DNA of 64,000 bases from Rhynchobatus australiae (taxonomy: Eukaryota). The stretch covers positions 8,227,497 to 8,291,496 of the forward strand of contig JAUZTB010000042.1 of NCBI GenBank assembly GCA_034780895.1, written 5' to 3'. Below, in pieces: positions 1 through 13,194 of this stretch. How positions within the stretch are numbered: the first letter of the stretch is position 1; every line of letters starts with the position of its first letter. A model generated the notes under the pieces. It did no database searches. It worked only from the letters and a program-made list of their open reading frames with translations, and was not told where the DNA came from. The translations under genes were made by a program, and so were the position numbers.

Positions 1-179
1 AAGGGCCTGTATTGTGCTGTAGGTTTTCTATGTTGTAATCATTTTGCTGACCTATCCTGCTACTTTAAGCTTCTGTGGCCATACATGCAGAATTTGTAGT
101 CACTGCACTCATTGTAGCTGCAAACAAGTAAATGATTAAAAAGGAAAAGACAAACAAGTTGAAATTTCACGAAGAAAGA

Positions 180-500
180 TTCCTCTAACAGAGAAGATAT
201 CCTTGCAGCATCTGCCTTGTCAAGCCCCCAATGTATCTTGTCTTTCAACAATTTCATTTGTCATTCTTCTAGGCTCTGGAAAATAAAGGCCAAGCCTATT
301 TGATTTTTCCTATTAAAACAGCCCCAGTAATCAACCCAGTGAGCTTTCTTAGTGCTGCCTCAAAAGCAAGTGCATCCTTCCTTAAATAAGGAGACCAGAG
401 AAATATGCAATAATGCCAAGTGTGGTCTCAACCCATGGTGTTGTTGTAAAACTTCCTATTTTTAATCTCTCTTGCAATAAAAGCCAGTATTCCATTTTGT
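180..500 (-). mobile_element. Old CR1-type LINE fragment
   Basis: Contains catccttccttaaataaggagaccaga...gccaagtgtggtctc, the reverse complement of the conserved RPHLEYC...WSPYL region. Also GLDKADAAR in the ORF track. Confidence 0.6.
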
Positions 501-2569
501 CTTTCGAGTTCTGCCACGTAAAATAGCAAAAGAAACTAATCCGTAGTTCAATGAGTACATTTTGTTGCAGAAGCTTTCAATCACAAAAGGAATACTAACC
601 ATGTTTGTAATAATAACTTCAAGCAGATGTTTCCATTCCTGCTGTGGTCCATTGCTGCTTTTATCCATGCTTGTAGTTTTATGCATGACAGAGGAATGTC
701 CAAAGAGAAAGTGGTTAGTTAAATAAACAGCACAGTTGAAAATGTAACTGGATCTATTTTAGAGTTTTTGAATGTAAACTCCCTATAAAATAAGTGCAGT
801 CACATTTTCAGTTGGCTAGTCCACTGCCATCCAGATTGAAAACAATGAAGTAATTTTGTTTTTTTGTGGGATGGTAGCACCTGAAAATTAAGAAACATTT
901 TGAAAGTATGGATGAAAGCACATCTTTCTCCCTTTTCAAACATCTGTAGGCCACTTCTACTTTTATGTGGGGTTTCCAGGATTATTATTGTTCTGATTTA
1001 GAATGCTTTTCAATACAAAGCCAGATTAATATTGTAGTATAAAGAGATTTAGCAATTGGAAATGCCTGGTAGACAGGTCATAAAATGCTGCTTCTGTAGT
1101 GATCTTGCAGATTCATCATCCTCTTGCACACTGTAAATTAGTTATTTGTAACTTGGTCAGTAGAGATTTAAACTTCTGCACTTATAAGAAGAAAGTGCTA
1201 TGAGAATATAAATTTGGCATAACTCTGTTCTATTTTTTTCCAATATGAGTCCCATAAGTATAGAATATGTTTTAAATTTGAGTTTATTATACAAATATAA
1301 ACAGTAGTTTCCATTCCTTACTGCAAACAATATTTTTGGGGGGTAATTTGTCACAAATTACTTTTTTTTTCTTTTGAAATATGTCAGACCATTCATTCTC
1401 AACTCTTATGGATTGAATGCATGGTACCAGAACCCTGAAGTTATTTTTTTTGGAGCCATTCATCATTCCATGTTACAGTTCATTTGCTAGATCAATGGAT
1501 GTTTTATAATCCAGGTAACATTTGAATGAGGTCCTACAGACAATTTACAGCATGTTTTTAGACTCTCCCTTTACCGTGAATCTTGTTTCTTTCTGGACAA
1601 TAGTTAATTGGCAAGTAAACCGCATATGTGTGGTGTAAATATGATCTGCCATGTCTCCTTCTGTAGCTACCCCAGAGCTATAATAAAACCAAACATTGAT
1701 TATTTATCTATCCTTTGTTGAGTTATTTATTTGTATAGCTGCATCAATGCATTATGGATGGCCCTTGTTGTGGTTAAAGAAACATTATTTCCCATTGTAC
1801 TAGAATTTTATTTGAGGCACAAACCTATTAATCATTTGGCATTGCAACAAATTTTCAAATGTCAAAACCCTTTGACAGTGAATTTTCAGAATAATAGTAT
1901 TATGGATGCAGTTAATAAGTTTTCACATGCACAGATGCACCCTGCAGTACAAGCAAGTTAGAATGAAACCAATGCATACTCCTCCAATAAATGTAATTTA
2001 CAGCCCAAAAGAACTTGCATAATAATAGTTACAAAGCAAATTGAATTCTCATGAATTATGAACCATCATATGATTCAATGTCACCTGATCAGAACATCAT
2101 GTGAACAAATCTTCCAAAAATATCTCTACAGTTGACAACCCCGCTCTAATTGGTATGTTATACACTGATGACTTGCTATCAACTCCATACCCATCTCCCA
2201 GCACTGCAGGTATTATAATCTGCATATGGGGCCTTGGAAAGTACAGTGGCATGTAAATAGTCATCTCCCCATTCTCACTACTGTCCTGCTCTTGTCATAG
2301 GCATGCACTTGCACACACAAAACATATTTCTTATTGGGTATGTCCATATTGCTAATATTTCCAGTTTAACACATTTAGTGATTATGTTGCCCACTTTTTT
2401 TTACTGTTCTGCTGCTCTGGGCCACACTAGGTTATGCCTGAAAGCATTCTGGCCATGCAATTATAGTGTGCAAGTCTGTGAATATAGCAGATCCAAGAAC
2501 CAATGCCTTTGTCAATGGAGAAAAACCCTCTGGTGGCAATGAATGAGGAAATCTAACAAAGTAGAAAAT

Positions 2570-3310
2570 ATTGGTATTGGTTTATTATTGTAACTTGTGC
2601 CGAGGTACAGTGAAAAAGCTTGTCTTGCATACAGATCGTACAGGTCAATTCATTACATAGTGCAGTTACATTGAATTAGTACAAAGTGCATTGAGGTAGA
2701 ACATAGAAAAGTACAGCACAATACGGGCTCTTCAGCCCACAATGTTTTGCCGACCTCTCAACCTTGCCTAAGACTATCTAACCCCTTCCTCCCACATATC
2801 CCTCTATTTTAAATTCTTCCATATGCTTATCTAGTAATCTCTTGAATTTGACCAATGTACAGAACATATAATAATTTATATTATTATATAAATTTGTATA
2901 TTAATATTATAATTATGTCAATAATAAATGATTATAGTATATATTCTATTTGTATAATTATTGTTTATTAATAATAAATAAAATAATAAGGTAGCACAGG
3001 TAAAAACAATAACAGTACAGAGTAAAGTGACACAGCTACAGAGGAAGTGCAGTGCAGGTAGACAGTAAGGTGAAAGGTCACAACAAGGGAGATTGTGAGG
3101 CCAAGACTCCATCTCATTGTATGAAGGAACCATTCAGTAGTCTTATCACCATGGGATAGAAGCTGTCCTTGAGCCTGGTGGTATGTGCCCTCAGGCTCCT
3201 GCCTGATGGGAGAGGAGAGAAGAAAGACCCGGGTGGGTGGGGTCTTTGATTATGCTGGCTGCTTCACCAAGGCAGTGAGAAGTATTGATGTAGTCCATGG
3301 AGGGGAATGG
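2570..3310 (-). mobile_element. Rex/Babar-related element 3' end with (CCAATA)n tail, carrying a nested CR1 tail (about 2697-2840)
   Basis: attggtattggtttattattgt...gaggtacagtgaaaa...gggatagaagctgtccttgagcctggtggt is shared with copies at 10510, 11191, 24612, 33886 and 40993. Confidence 0.75.
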
Positions 3311-4110
3311 CAGCAGTCAAGTGAAGAATATCACAGTGGGGACTCATCTCATATCCTGACCATAATTTAATATTTAAGTTAGCAATGGTGAAGGACAAGG
3401 AGCAACCTAGAATAAGAAAAAAATTAATAGAGAATGACTAATTTCAACAAATAAGGAGAATAATGGTGGGAGAATCTGGTGGCAGGCACAAATATAACAA
3501 TTACGTTTCATGCATTGTTCAGGTATATTTCACAAGGGGCAAAGTAAAGAATACCAAAGCCAGCTCCCTATGGGTGACAAAAGAATTAGGGCACAATGAA
3601 AAAATCAAAAGGGATATTCAACATCAGAACAATACATGGGAGGATCTGAATGAATTTAATATACAGAGATGAGAAGTGAAGCAAAGGGAAAATATGGGCG
3701 TATATTGGAAACTAATGTAAAAAAGAATCCTAATGCTTTTTGGTAGCACATTAATAGAAAACGCTGTCAAAGGAGCAGTGAGGCTAATCCCAGATGAAAT
3801 TGTAGATCTACTGGTGGAGGGAGAAAGCAGGACAAATGGGTTGCTTTGCATTAATGCTAACCAAGACCTTTAAGAAACTGTAGTAAACAAGAATGCTGTT
3901 AGGACACTGGATGGAATAAAAATAATTAGGTCATAATAGAAAAGCTCTCTGTATTCAAAGTGGCTAAACTACTGAGTGAACAAAGTAATAAATTTGGATT
4001 ATCACAAGACCTTCAATAAGATAAGGCATACTGGATGCATGACTAAAGATTAGAACAGACAAAGTCAAGAGAGAAATAGTAAAATGGATAGAAAACTTGG
4101 TACAAGACAG
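3310..4110 (+). mobile_element. Highly degenerate CR1-type LINE ORF2 fragment
   Basis: Purine-rich decayed coding sequence with remnants such as PWVTKE, KKNPNAF and ...KWIENL. Multiple stops. Confidence 0.5.
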
Positions 4111-6285
4111 NNNNNNNNNNNNNNNNNNNNNNNNNNNNNNNNNNNNNNNNNNNNNNNNNNNNNNNNNNNNNNNNNNNNNNNNNNNNNNNNNNNNNNNNNN
4201 NNNNNNNNNNATCCCTGAATTTCTCCTCATAGTTATAGAAAGAATTGATAAGGATCAGTTTTGGATTATTTTCTTTCCCAAGGAACTGGGTATATAGGTG
4301 AGGAAAAATTATTAAAGGAAATAGTTTGTTTACTTTTAAATGGTTAAGTTTGACATGGAGCTTCTCTTGTATTGCACATCACTTCTTAAGTAAAACACAG
4401 CAACTGAATAAAAAATAGTATAAAAGCAGTTAATATATCAGCAACCAGCTGTCTGCTTAAGTTGTTTATGAGGGTTTGCTGAATCCTTCAGTGAAAAAGA
4501 GAGTTTAATTGTTCATTGTGTTTTGTGGGGATCATTTCAGAAAGGAAATGAGGAAACTTGATCACAGATATTGTGTATGTGTTTATTTTGTTTGAAATGA
4601 GGCAAACAGAAGAATATTGGGTTTTGGATATCTGTGCTTCACATTTGATACGGAAAGCTGAAGTATGATAGATATTTCATATTGACAGACATTTTAGTTA
4701 ATTTAGTGGACCTCCTGGGATCATTGAGCAACAGTTGAATAGTGTCGGAAACACAAGGGACTGCAGATGCTGGAACCTGGAGCAACAAACAATCTGCTGA
4801 AGGAACTCTGTGAACTCAGCAAGACTGGAGGGTTTCGACCCGAAACATAGATAATTTCTCTCCTGCCCCCAGATGCTGCTTGACCCACTGAGTTCCTCCA
4901 GCATATTGTTTACTGCAGTTGAATAGTGTCTTTGGCTCCTCACCACAAACTCCATTTCCTGGCCACTGAATCCATCCCCCTCTTGGAGGCTAAATCAGAC
5001 CTGTTGCAAACTTGAAATCCTGTGTAATGATTTCCTGAGAACAATTTATCCACTCCTTCACCAAGGTTCAATAACATTGTCCTTTTCCCTGCCTGACACT
5101 GTTCCCCTGTCCACCACTCTTTCCCCCCGACTCTCAGATTCTCTGCTCCTCCACTGTAATCATTTCATCACCACCTTTTCCATTGGGATACAACTGTTCT
5201 TTTTCTGCCCTGGCTGGCCTATTTTTCTGCCTTTTTATTAATTGAGCCCATTTAAAGCTCTGGTTTTCAAGAAGTGCACAAAGTAACAATGGAATTTCAA
5301 TAGGTAGATCAAAGGAAGCAGTTCCCATTAATTGGCTGTTCATAGACTAGGGGACAGAGATTTAAAATCTTTGGCAAGAGATCCAAGGGAGACATCAGGA
5401 AAAATTTCTGTTCCCAGAAAGTGACTTTTTGAGTTCTCTGACCTACATTGGATTTTGGTCCATTAATGCCTCATCTTCAAAATTCTCATTGTTATTTTGA
5501 AATTCCCGTATGGCCACTACCTCAGTCTCTCTGTGGCCACCTGTGACATTNNNNNNNNNNNNNNNNNNNNNNNNNCAATGGGACGAGCAGAATAACGTTT
5601 TGGCACAGACTAGAAGGGCCGAATGGCCTGTTTTCTGTGCTGTAGTGTTCTATGGTTCTATAAATCTAATCTATAATCATTCTGAGAAAGTTTTGATGCC
5701 GTTTCCTTGAAGAGTGTTTCAGAACGGTATTATGTGTTCCATCTATAAACAGACTAGATGTCATTTACAATCCAAGATTGGCATTCAAATTCTTTACCGT
5801 CAGATTTATTGGTGTTTTTGTTTTGCTGCTTTAAGACTGAAGCAGTTGCCGTGGACTTTTTAATGGTGTCTTTTTTTTAATTGGATCAACAAGGAAATCA
5901 GAAGTAATTTTAATCCTCGTTTCCAGTTAATTTTTCAATTGCTGGAAATGTTTAAAAACATTCAATACAGATTTTTGGCATAAAATGCTGTCTTTTAAAT
6001 AACAAGTGAAAATTTTAATTTTATCATTCTGACAGTAAAGGCTAGGTTCTTCTGTGGTTGGAGTGATGGGAACAGCCAATGTTTCCACCTTTGGTGATGA
6101 TCCAATGACTCCCACAAGAAAGAAAGGCCAGGGCACTCCACAACTTATTTTTGCTATGAGAGGGAGGTATACCCTTAGAATTTGTAATACCAGGAAAAAG
6201 AAAGCAGCAAATATTCAGTGCAGTATGTAGTTATTTGTATTGTTGTCATTATAATTAAATAATTTTTACCTTTTCCCTCCATTAG

Positions 6286-6481
6286 GATGGCGGCTTGCTC
6301 ATTAACAATCCTTGTGCACTGGCTATACATGAGTGTAAGCGCCTTTGGCCAAACACACCCTTTCAGTGTGTGATCTCTCTTGGAACTGGACGCTATGAAA
6401 CATTGGGGAAAATCAATGTGACTTATACAAGTCTCAAAACAAAACTGACTAACGTAATAAGCAGTGCCACAGATACAGAAG
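6286..6481 (+). CDS. PNPLA8: Calcium-independent phospholipase A2-gamma (PNPLA8 or PNPLA8-like), penultimate coding exon
   Basis: Polypyrimidine tract plus AG acceptor (ttttccctccattAG, 6284-6285) and donor GTTAGT at 6482. The 196-bp exon encodes DGGLLINNPCALAIHECKRLWPNTPFQCVISLGTGRYE...SLKTKLTNVISSATDTE. It begins with the patatin catalytic DGG motif and closely matches vertebrate PNPLA8. Confidence 0.96.
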
Positions 6482-8769
6482 GTTAGTGACCATAAGACCA
6501 ATATCTGAAGGTAATTATAAATGACTTCAATAGTGGATTGATTCAACCAACAATAATTCTGAAATTTTGAACGTGCAATCGTAGTGTATAAATATGTGAA
6601 AGGTCTATTCCAACTAATGGATGCATTTTAAAACAGCTTAAATAAAATGAAAAGATGTGATCATTTTGGCAATAATTAAAGATAGTGAGTTGTTAAAAGG
6701 TGGGATGACTATTGGAAAAACTGCATATCTGTGCACATCCAAGCTGTGAACTTTTACAATAACTTCAGTGGAATCCTTTTGAACTTCTAAGCTACAGCTA
6801 TGGTTCTTTCCATACCAGAGTCAGTGAGAAATGATTCATGATATTAGTGACAAATGTGAACACAATGAAAACCTAAGTATGTATTGTGAACCCTATGATA
6901 CCTAGTCTACATGAAAGTATTTCATGGCCATTATGTCAATTTTAAACATCAGCAAGCTTTTTGAAGCTATAATTTGAATTCAGAATATGTTAAATGACCT
7001 TTTAGTTGTTTCAACATTTTAATCCTTTCAAATGCAGGATCTATCCCTGCCTCCTTTTGTTGAATTATTCTCAAGTTAGATAAATAGTGCAGTATACCAA
7101 ACTTCTTAAAGAATTGTTCACTTTTACTTCCATATATTTTGCCTTAAAGTCCTGTGAGTCTCGCAGATCACTGTGCCACACATACAGTTTAAAATCAATG
7201 TCCTCAGTAACTTACATTAGGCCAGAGGTTGCTTACACTAAGATATCTTCATACACTAAATTAGGATTTAGCCATCAGCAAGGCATCACTGTAAAACAAA
7301 CTGTATTTTCTGAACCTTCAGTTCTTAAAAAAAACTCAGAATAATCTGGTCAGTTGGAAATAACACTTCAAACAGGCATGAGATAAATGAGCTTCAAAGA
7401 CCGGTGTGTTGGTGCAATAAGTTACCTTAAGGTGATGCCTTCCTTCATTATTCTTTTACATTGTTTCTGAAAACTGGAAACTATCTTGTCTTTCTCCGAG
7501 GCCACTATTATCCAATGACTTGTCAAAAAAATGGTAGTGTTTCTTCAACAAATTTTTATTATAAATGTTAGCCAAGTCTTTTGAGATTATTGTGTTCATT
7601 GTAATTAACTGGCTGGCACGTTTTTTAATCTCTGGAACTTCATTGTGAATGGGTCTCAATGAACATAAAAGCATCAGACACTTTCCTTTTTTTTCCAGTT
7701 TTCCTTGGATTTGAATATAATACTTGTTTTGAATATAATTCTTTTTTAAAAAAAAATCCCTGATGCACCAGAAAACTGAATAAGTAATGACAAAATAATG
7801 AAATTGACTCAGTATTGATAACTGACTGCTGAATTGGGAGAAATGTCAATTGCCTGCAGGCATTAACAAGATGCAAGAACAGTACTACAAATTGCAGTTC
7901 ACTTCTGCCTTGATCTTCATTATCACAAAAGATTCAATTTTTCAATGGTGTTCCTTCATTGGTCCTTTTTTTAATACCATCCTTCAGCAACCAGATAATC
8001 TTCCTGTGCAATTCAGTTAAAAACCATGCCTTCTGATACTTTATCAGAGTCTCAGTGATCTATCCAAAATGGCTTAATATGTGCATATTACTGATAAGAA
8101 TATTTTTCCATTTGAATGGTTTTATTGACAATTAAGTATTTCCACAATAATACAGTACTGAGGAATATAGTTTATAATTTAATTTGCAGTTCACTTTGAA
8201 TTAGTCTATCTAGGATTCAAGATCTGATTATTCAGCTTGCAGCAAGACTAATCCATTAACACGTCCTGCTCATTGAATGAGTGCTGCATTTATCTGATTG
8301 TGCAATGCATCTCCAGAATTGCACGCTGATCTTTGTTGCAAGTCTAACCAGAATATACCTGTAATAATGAATTTAATATCTGCTATGGCATTTTGCCGAT
8401 CATTGTTAGTTCATATTTCTGTACATGGATAGTTTGGTGTCTGGAGCTTACAGGTTGGATGCCAATGGCTGTCTCCATTTATCTTTTACTTGCAACTTGT
8501 CCTACTCCCCTGAGGCTGTGAATGGGTACATTTAGATAATTGTAGCTGATGGTAATTTGCTGGGATTACTCATTACTGTTGTTGTAACTATTTATAAATT
8601 TTCGAGCAGGACAGGCTCTTTTACTTGTGTTTCTGTTATTAAAAAACTACATAAAACTTTTATATGATATGGTGGAGCTTCTCATCTCCCATAATAAATG
8701 CCTGATAAATTATTTTCAACCACTGACTTTGCAAGTTGATGCATGTTACCTGTATTGGAGGCAGTTAAT

Positions 8770-9240
8770 CAGGTTGATTCTCAGGATGAAGGCTTTCACG
8801 TATGGAGCAGGGCTGAGTTGGTTGGGCCTTTATTCAATGGGGACATGAAGGATGACAGGTGACCATATCAAGAAAGAGAGGCTTACGTATTGAAATATGT
8901 AAGATTCTGCAGGGGATTGACAAGGTGGATGCTGAGAGGATGTTTCACTCAATGAGCGTTTCTAAAACTAGGAGACACTGCTTCAGAATTAAGGGGTCAC
9001 CCTTTCAAACACACATAAGGAAGAATTTCTTCTCTCATGGGGTCATGAAGCTTTGGAATTCCTTACCACAGAAAGCTGTGGAGGTGGAGTTACTGAATCT
9101 ATTCAAGCTGGAGACTGAAAGATTTTTGAATTATAAGTAAGTGAGCAGTATGGGGAGAAAGTAGTAATACGGTACTGAGGTCAATGTTGGATCTGCCATG
9201 TTCTTATTGAATGGCAGAGCAAACGAGAGGGGCGACTGGC
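8770..9240 (+). mobile_element. CR1-type LINE 3' end, degenerate
   Basis: IEICKILQGIDKVDAERMF...KTRRHCFRIKG...NFFSHGVMKLWNSLPQKAVEV...FKLETERFLN. Confidence 0.85.
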
Positions 9241-9249
9241 CTTTTTTGT

Positions 9250-9484
9250 TATTTACAGCGTGGTAACAGGCCCTTCTGGCCCAACAAGTCCCCACCACCC
9301 ATCTAAACCCCAAATTAACCTACCCATATGTCTTTGGAATGTGGGAGGAAACCGGAGCAGCCGGAGGAAACCCATGCAGACACAGGAGAACGTACAAACT
9401 CCTTACAGGCAGCGGCAGGAATCGAACCCGGGTCGCTGGCGCTGTAATAGTGTTGTGCTAACCACTACGCTACCGTGCCGCCCC
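9250..9484 (-). mobile_element. tRNA-derived SINE (V-SINE/HE1-like), relatively young
   Basis: The minus strand begins ggggcggcacggtagcgtagtggttagc (A box) ...gggttcgattcc (B box), then the V-domain gagtttgtacgttctcc...gggtttcctccggctgctccggtttcctcccacattccaaagac. CpGs are retained. Confidence 0.88.
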
Positions 9485-9489
9485 TAATA

Positions 9490-10370
9490 CCCAGGTATAA
9501 ATCAAAAGCTTTGCTCTGATATCAGGGCAGTAGGATGAGAGGCCATAAGTTAATGCAAATGTAAGGGGAAAATGTAGAGTTAATAATGGGACCCTTAACA
9601 GCATTGGTGGACAGAGGGATCTTGGGTCCAAGTTCACAGCTCCCAGAAAGTGACCACACAAGTAGATAGGGTGCTAAAGAAATGCTTGCCTTCATTGGTC
9701 ATGGCATTGATTATATGGGTCAGGAAGTCATTGTTGTAGATATAAAACTTTGTGGTTAGTTTTATATTCTATATTATATTTATATTCTATATTATATTTT
9801 ATACTCCAAGTTAGGCCGCACTTGAAGTATTGTCTGCAATTTTGGTCGCCCCATTACAAGAAGGATGCAGAGGCTTTGGAGAGGGTGCAGAAGAGGTTTA
9901 TCAGGATGCTGCCTGGATGAGAGGATATGAGCTATAAGGTGAGATGGTTGGACAAACTTGGATTGTTTTTTCTGCAGCCTCGGAAGCTGAGGTGAGACCA
10001 AATAGAAGTTTATAAACTTGTGAGGGGTATAGATAGGGTAGACAACCAGAATCTTTTTCCAGGGGTAGAAATGTCAAGTACTAAAGGAATTGCATTTAAG
10101 GTGAGAGGGGGAAAGTTTAAAGGAGATGTGCAGGGCACGTTATTTTACACAGTAGGTGCCTGGAATGGGCTGCAAGGGGCGGTTGTGGAAGCAGATACAA
10201 TAGAGGCATTTAAGAGGCTTTTAGATAGACACCTGAATATGCAGGGAATGGAGGGATATGGATCATGCACAGGCAGAAGAGATTTAGTTTGATTTGGCAT
10301 TGTGTTCAGCACAGACATGGTGGGCCGAAGATCCTGTTCTTGTGCTGTACTGTTCTATCTTCTATGTTCT
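9490..10370 (+). mobile_element. CR1-type LINE 3' portion
   Basis: MRGIDRVDNQNLFPGVEMSSTKG...FKVRGGKFKGDV...AWNGLQGAVVEADTIEAFKRLLDRHLN, followed by the tail gggccgaagatcctgttcttgtgctgtactgttctat. Confidence 0.88.
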
Positions 10371-10509
10371 ACGTAAAGTGCAGGTGTACAAATCCCATCA
10401 CAGCACTGGAAGAAGAGCATGGTATTCCCTGAAGTCTTGGCCAGAACTTATTCAGTAAACATCATTAAAACAGATGATTATGGGAGTTTGCTTTGTGCAA
10501 ATTGGTTTA

Positions 10510-10870
10510 AATTGGCAATTGGTTTATTATTGTCAAACGTACCAAGCTACAGTGAAAAACTTTGTTTTGCATACCATCCATACAGATCATTTCATAATAT
10601 CAGTACATCGAGTTAGTACAAGGAACAAGTAATAACAGAATGCAGAATATAGTGTTACAGTTACAGAGAAAGTGTAGTGCAGGTAGACAATAAGATGCAA
10701 GGGCCACAACGAGGTAGATTGTGAGACCAAAAGTCCATCTTTATCATACTAGAGCTCCATTCAAGAGTCTTATGAAAGTGGGATAGAAGCTGTCCTTGAG
10801 TCTGCTGGTACATGCTTTCAGGTTTTTGTCTCTTTTGCCTGATGGGAGGGGGGAGAAGAGAGGATGTCCA
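10510..10870 (-). mobile_element. Rex/Babar-related element 3' end
   Basis: The minus frame reads HPLFSPLPSGKRDKNLKACTSRLKDSFYPTFIRLLN, the conserved Rex/Babar C-terminus. Confidence 0.8.
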
Positions 10871-11190
10871 TCTCCTACATTGCAATAGTAATTCCACTTC
10901 AAATAGATTTCATCATCTGTAGAAAGCACTGATGTTCCTGATGCAATAGATATTAATGTCTATTAACGTTCCTTCACTCTGATTTCTTTGTTCCCTCCCT
11001 TTCTGTTGCTTGTTTCTAACTTCCCAACTGTTGAATGCATTAAGTGTCTCCTGTCCTGCTTCTTTCTGCTCTCCGGAGAGCACACAGGAGAATCACCTAC
11101 TGTGGTTAGAGCAGCATTATTTCTTGTACTGTGTGTGCTGGAATAATTCCACCTCCCTAACAAGTAGCACTTGCTCAACTGATTCAGCAG

Positions 11191-11500
11191 ATTGGTATTG
11201 GTATTGGTATTGGTATTGGTATTGGTATTGGTATTGGTTTATTTTTGCCACTTGTACCGAGGTACAGTGAAAAACTTGTCTTGCGTACCAATCATACAGG
11301 TCAATTCATTACACAGTGCAGTTACATTGAGTTAGTACAGAGTGCATTGAGGTAGTACAGGTAAAAACAATAACAGTACAGAGTAAAGTGGCACAGCTAC
11401 AGAGAAAGTGCAGTGCAGTAAGGTGCAAGGTCACAATAAGGTAGATCATGAGGTCAGAGTCCATCTTATTGTACAAGGGACTATTCAATAGTCTTATCAT
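11191..11500 (-). mobile_element. Rex/Babar-related element 3' end with expanded (ATTGGT)n microsatellite tail
   Basis: (attggt) x about 8 at 11191-11238, then the family body ending at IRLLN. Confidence 0.8.
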
Positions 11501-11622
11501 ATTATAACACAGTTACCTCTGTCCAGAACGCACTTGAGCCCATGTGGCACCGACTGGTCCTGGAAATCACCCATTGTACCCATGGATACCGTGTGCTCCT
11601 CCAGTGACACACAGGCACTTAC

Positions 11623-11738
11623 CCTCTCATAGTCGAGGGACATCGATAGGATCGACACAGGCTCCTTTGAAAGCGTAAACTCTGCTACGATGAAGGCTGA
11701 GTGAACAGTGTCAAGAACCTTCTGGACTTTACCATCTC
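11623..11738 (-). CDS. Semaphorin (SEMA7A-like) next Sema-domain exon
   Basis: Acceptor gatttttgttcccacAG and donor AGG|GTAAGT. The 116-bp exon (phase 1 to 0) is in frame with 12999-13194: (G)DGKVQKVLDTVHSAFIVAEFTLSKEPVSILSMSLDYER. Compare SEMA7A DRGTIHKVVEP...FAFNIMEIQPFRRAAAIQTMSLDAER, which ends at the same motif. Confidence 0.85.
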
Positions 11739-12998
11739 CTGTGGGAACAAAAATCATCCCCAAGAGTTCAGAACAATAGGAATTCACATTGCTCATGTTG
11801 GGACATTTGACATCACTGGCACAGGATTCCTGCCCAGTGATTTTGTGGAGCCGGAAGGTAATTTACTACTGTGGGGTGTGGCACTTTGTCCCAAACTGCT
11901 GAATGACTGATGTGGTAGTCATTGTACTTTGTACGCTCCGAAGCGTGGTGTCCTTGAAGTCAAAGGAACCAAATTCTAGAGGCGGAGTCTAACTTGCAAC
12001 CTTCAGTATACTTGGAATGTACCACACTGACAAATGTTTTATGATGTGAAGGGTGCTAAATAGAATTAAAATCTTCCTTTACAATGCCCCCTTGCAGGGG
12101 TTTACCTCGGGAAACCACCTGTTCTCCCTGCACAAGTTCGTTCTGCAGCTGACACAGATGGAGAATTCAATGGATCCACACATTGACAGAGTGGGTCACA
12201 TTACTGCAACTGAAGCGTCAGTTGATTCACTCCCACTTTGGATTAATTGGATTTTAACAAGTCTCTTTGCGCGTTGGTCAAGCCCAAATATCCCAGCAAG
12301 GAGTTTACCCACTTTACGGACCCAAGAGGCAGATGTTGGGGAGGGGTGGGGGAAAGAGATGGTAAACACCAGGACAGGGGCACAGGAATTTCAACCAGAC
12401 CAATTTGCAGGGAAAGGTGCAGTGAGTTGTGATTTGCCCACAGGGTCATTCGGGAAAAGATCTGAAGCATTAGCAAACTCTCTCACACATCCACTGAAAG
12501 GGAGCTGGAAGCAGTTTCAGTTGTAACATTGAGTTAGATGGGAGATGAGGTGAGGAAGCTTGTGTGGAGCTTATGTGCTGGGATGGACTGGGTGGGCCGA
12601 ATGGCCTGTTGCTGCACTGTACATCCCATGTAATCCTACACAAGCAGGATCCAGTCATCTCAAGGTGGGAGCCATTGTCCCTGACGTCCCCTTCATTTAT
12701 TTTAATCACATTATAAATTGCCATGTGAACATTTACAATGGTAACTCTATGTAAACATGTTGCTCTGTCATGATACCCACCTACCATGGGTGGAACTGTA
12801 TCCCTACTGTTGGAGAGCAAAGGAGCTTCCAGAGATTAATTAGGTTGCTCCACCAAAGAGCCAGCATTGGAATGATGGGCTGAATGAACTTACGTTATAC
12901 AGTTCCTTTGTACCACCGACAGTCAATGCGTTGGACTACAATGATCTACAACAGCAAATTAGGCACTTTCAGAACAACTGCTGGCTATCAGCACCTAC

Positions 12999-13194
12999 CC
13001 GTCGCCACGTAGAGGACACGGGACACATCTCCACTGGGGCCAACCACGGAATCCACGACTATTTTCTTGAAGCGATTCTGATAATTGATCACCAAGGGAT
13101 TTCTTCTGATAGGATGGATCCAAGACTCCATTTCAGGATAATCCTCTGCAAGAGCGAGTACTTGATCCGGCAGAACCTTTGTGTTACTGACACA
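12999..13194 (-). CDS. Semaphorin (SEMA7A-like) Sema-domain exon, antisense within the PNPLA8 last intron
   Basis: Minus-strand acceptor cttcctgttattgttccttcattgttgcAG and donor G|GTAGGT. The 196-bp exon is open (phase 0 to 1): CVSNTKVLPDQVLALAEDYPEMESWIHPIRRNPLVINYQNRFKKIVVDSVVGPSGDVSRVLYVAT(G). It aligns by eye to the SEMA7A segment CLPDQQPIPTETFQVADRHPEVAQRVEP...QKVAVHRMQASHGETFHVLYLTT. Confidence 0.85.

Noticed and set aside
9250-9484. tRNA-like A and B boxes
   Set aside because: They continue into a V-SINE body and tail, so this is a SINE head and not a tRNA gene.
10870-10930. Minus-strand peptide TDDEIYLKWNYYC resembling the semaphorin YDDKIYYFF motif
   Set aside because: It is in the wrong position relative to the two real exons, the similarity does not extend, and the frame runs into a Rex/Babar repeat.
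11191-11238. WYWYWYWY repeat in ORF 11010-11270
   Set aside because: It is the translation of the (ATTGGT)n retroelement tail.
12053-12526. 157-aa + strand ORF inside the semaphorin intron
   Set aside because: No recognisable domain and a non-ATG start; likely a chance ORF in GC-richer DNA.
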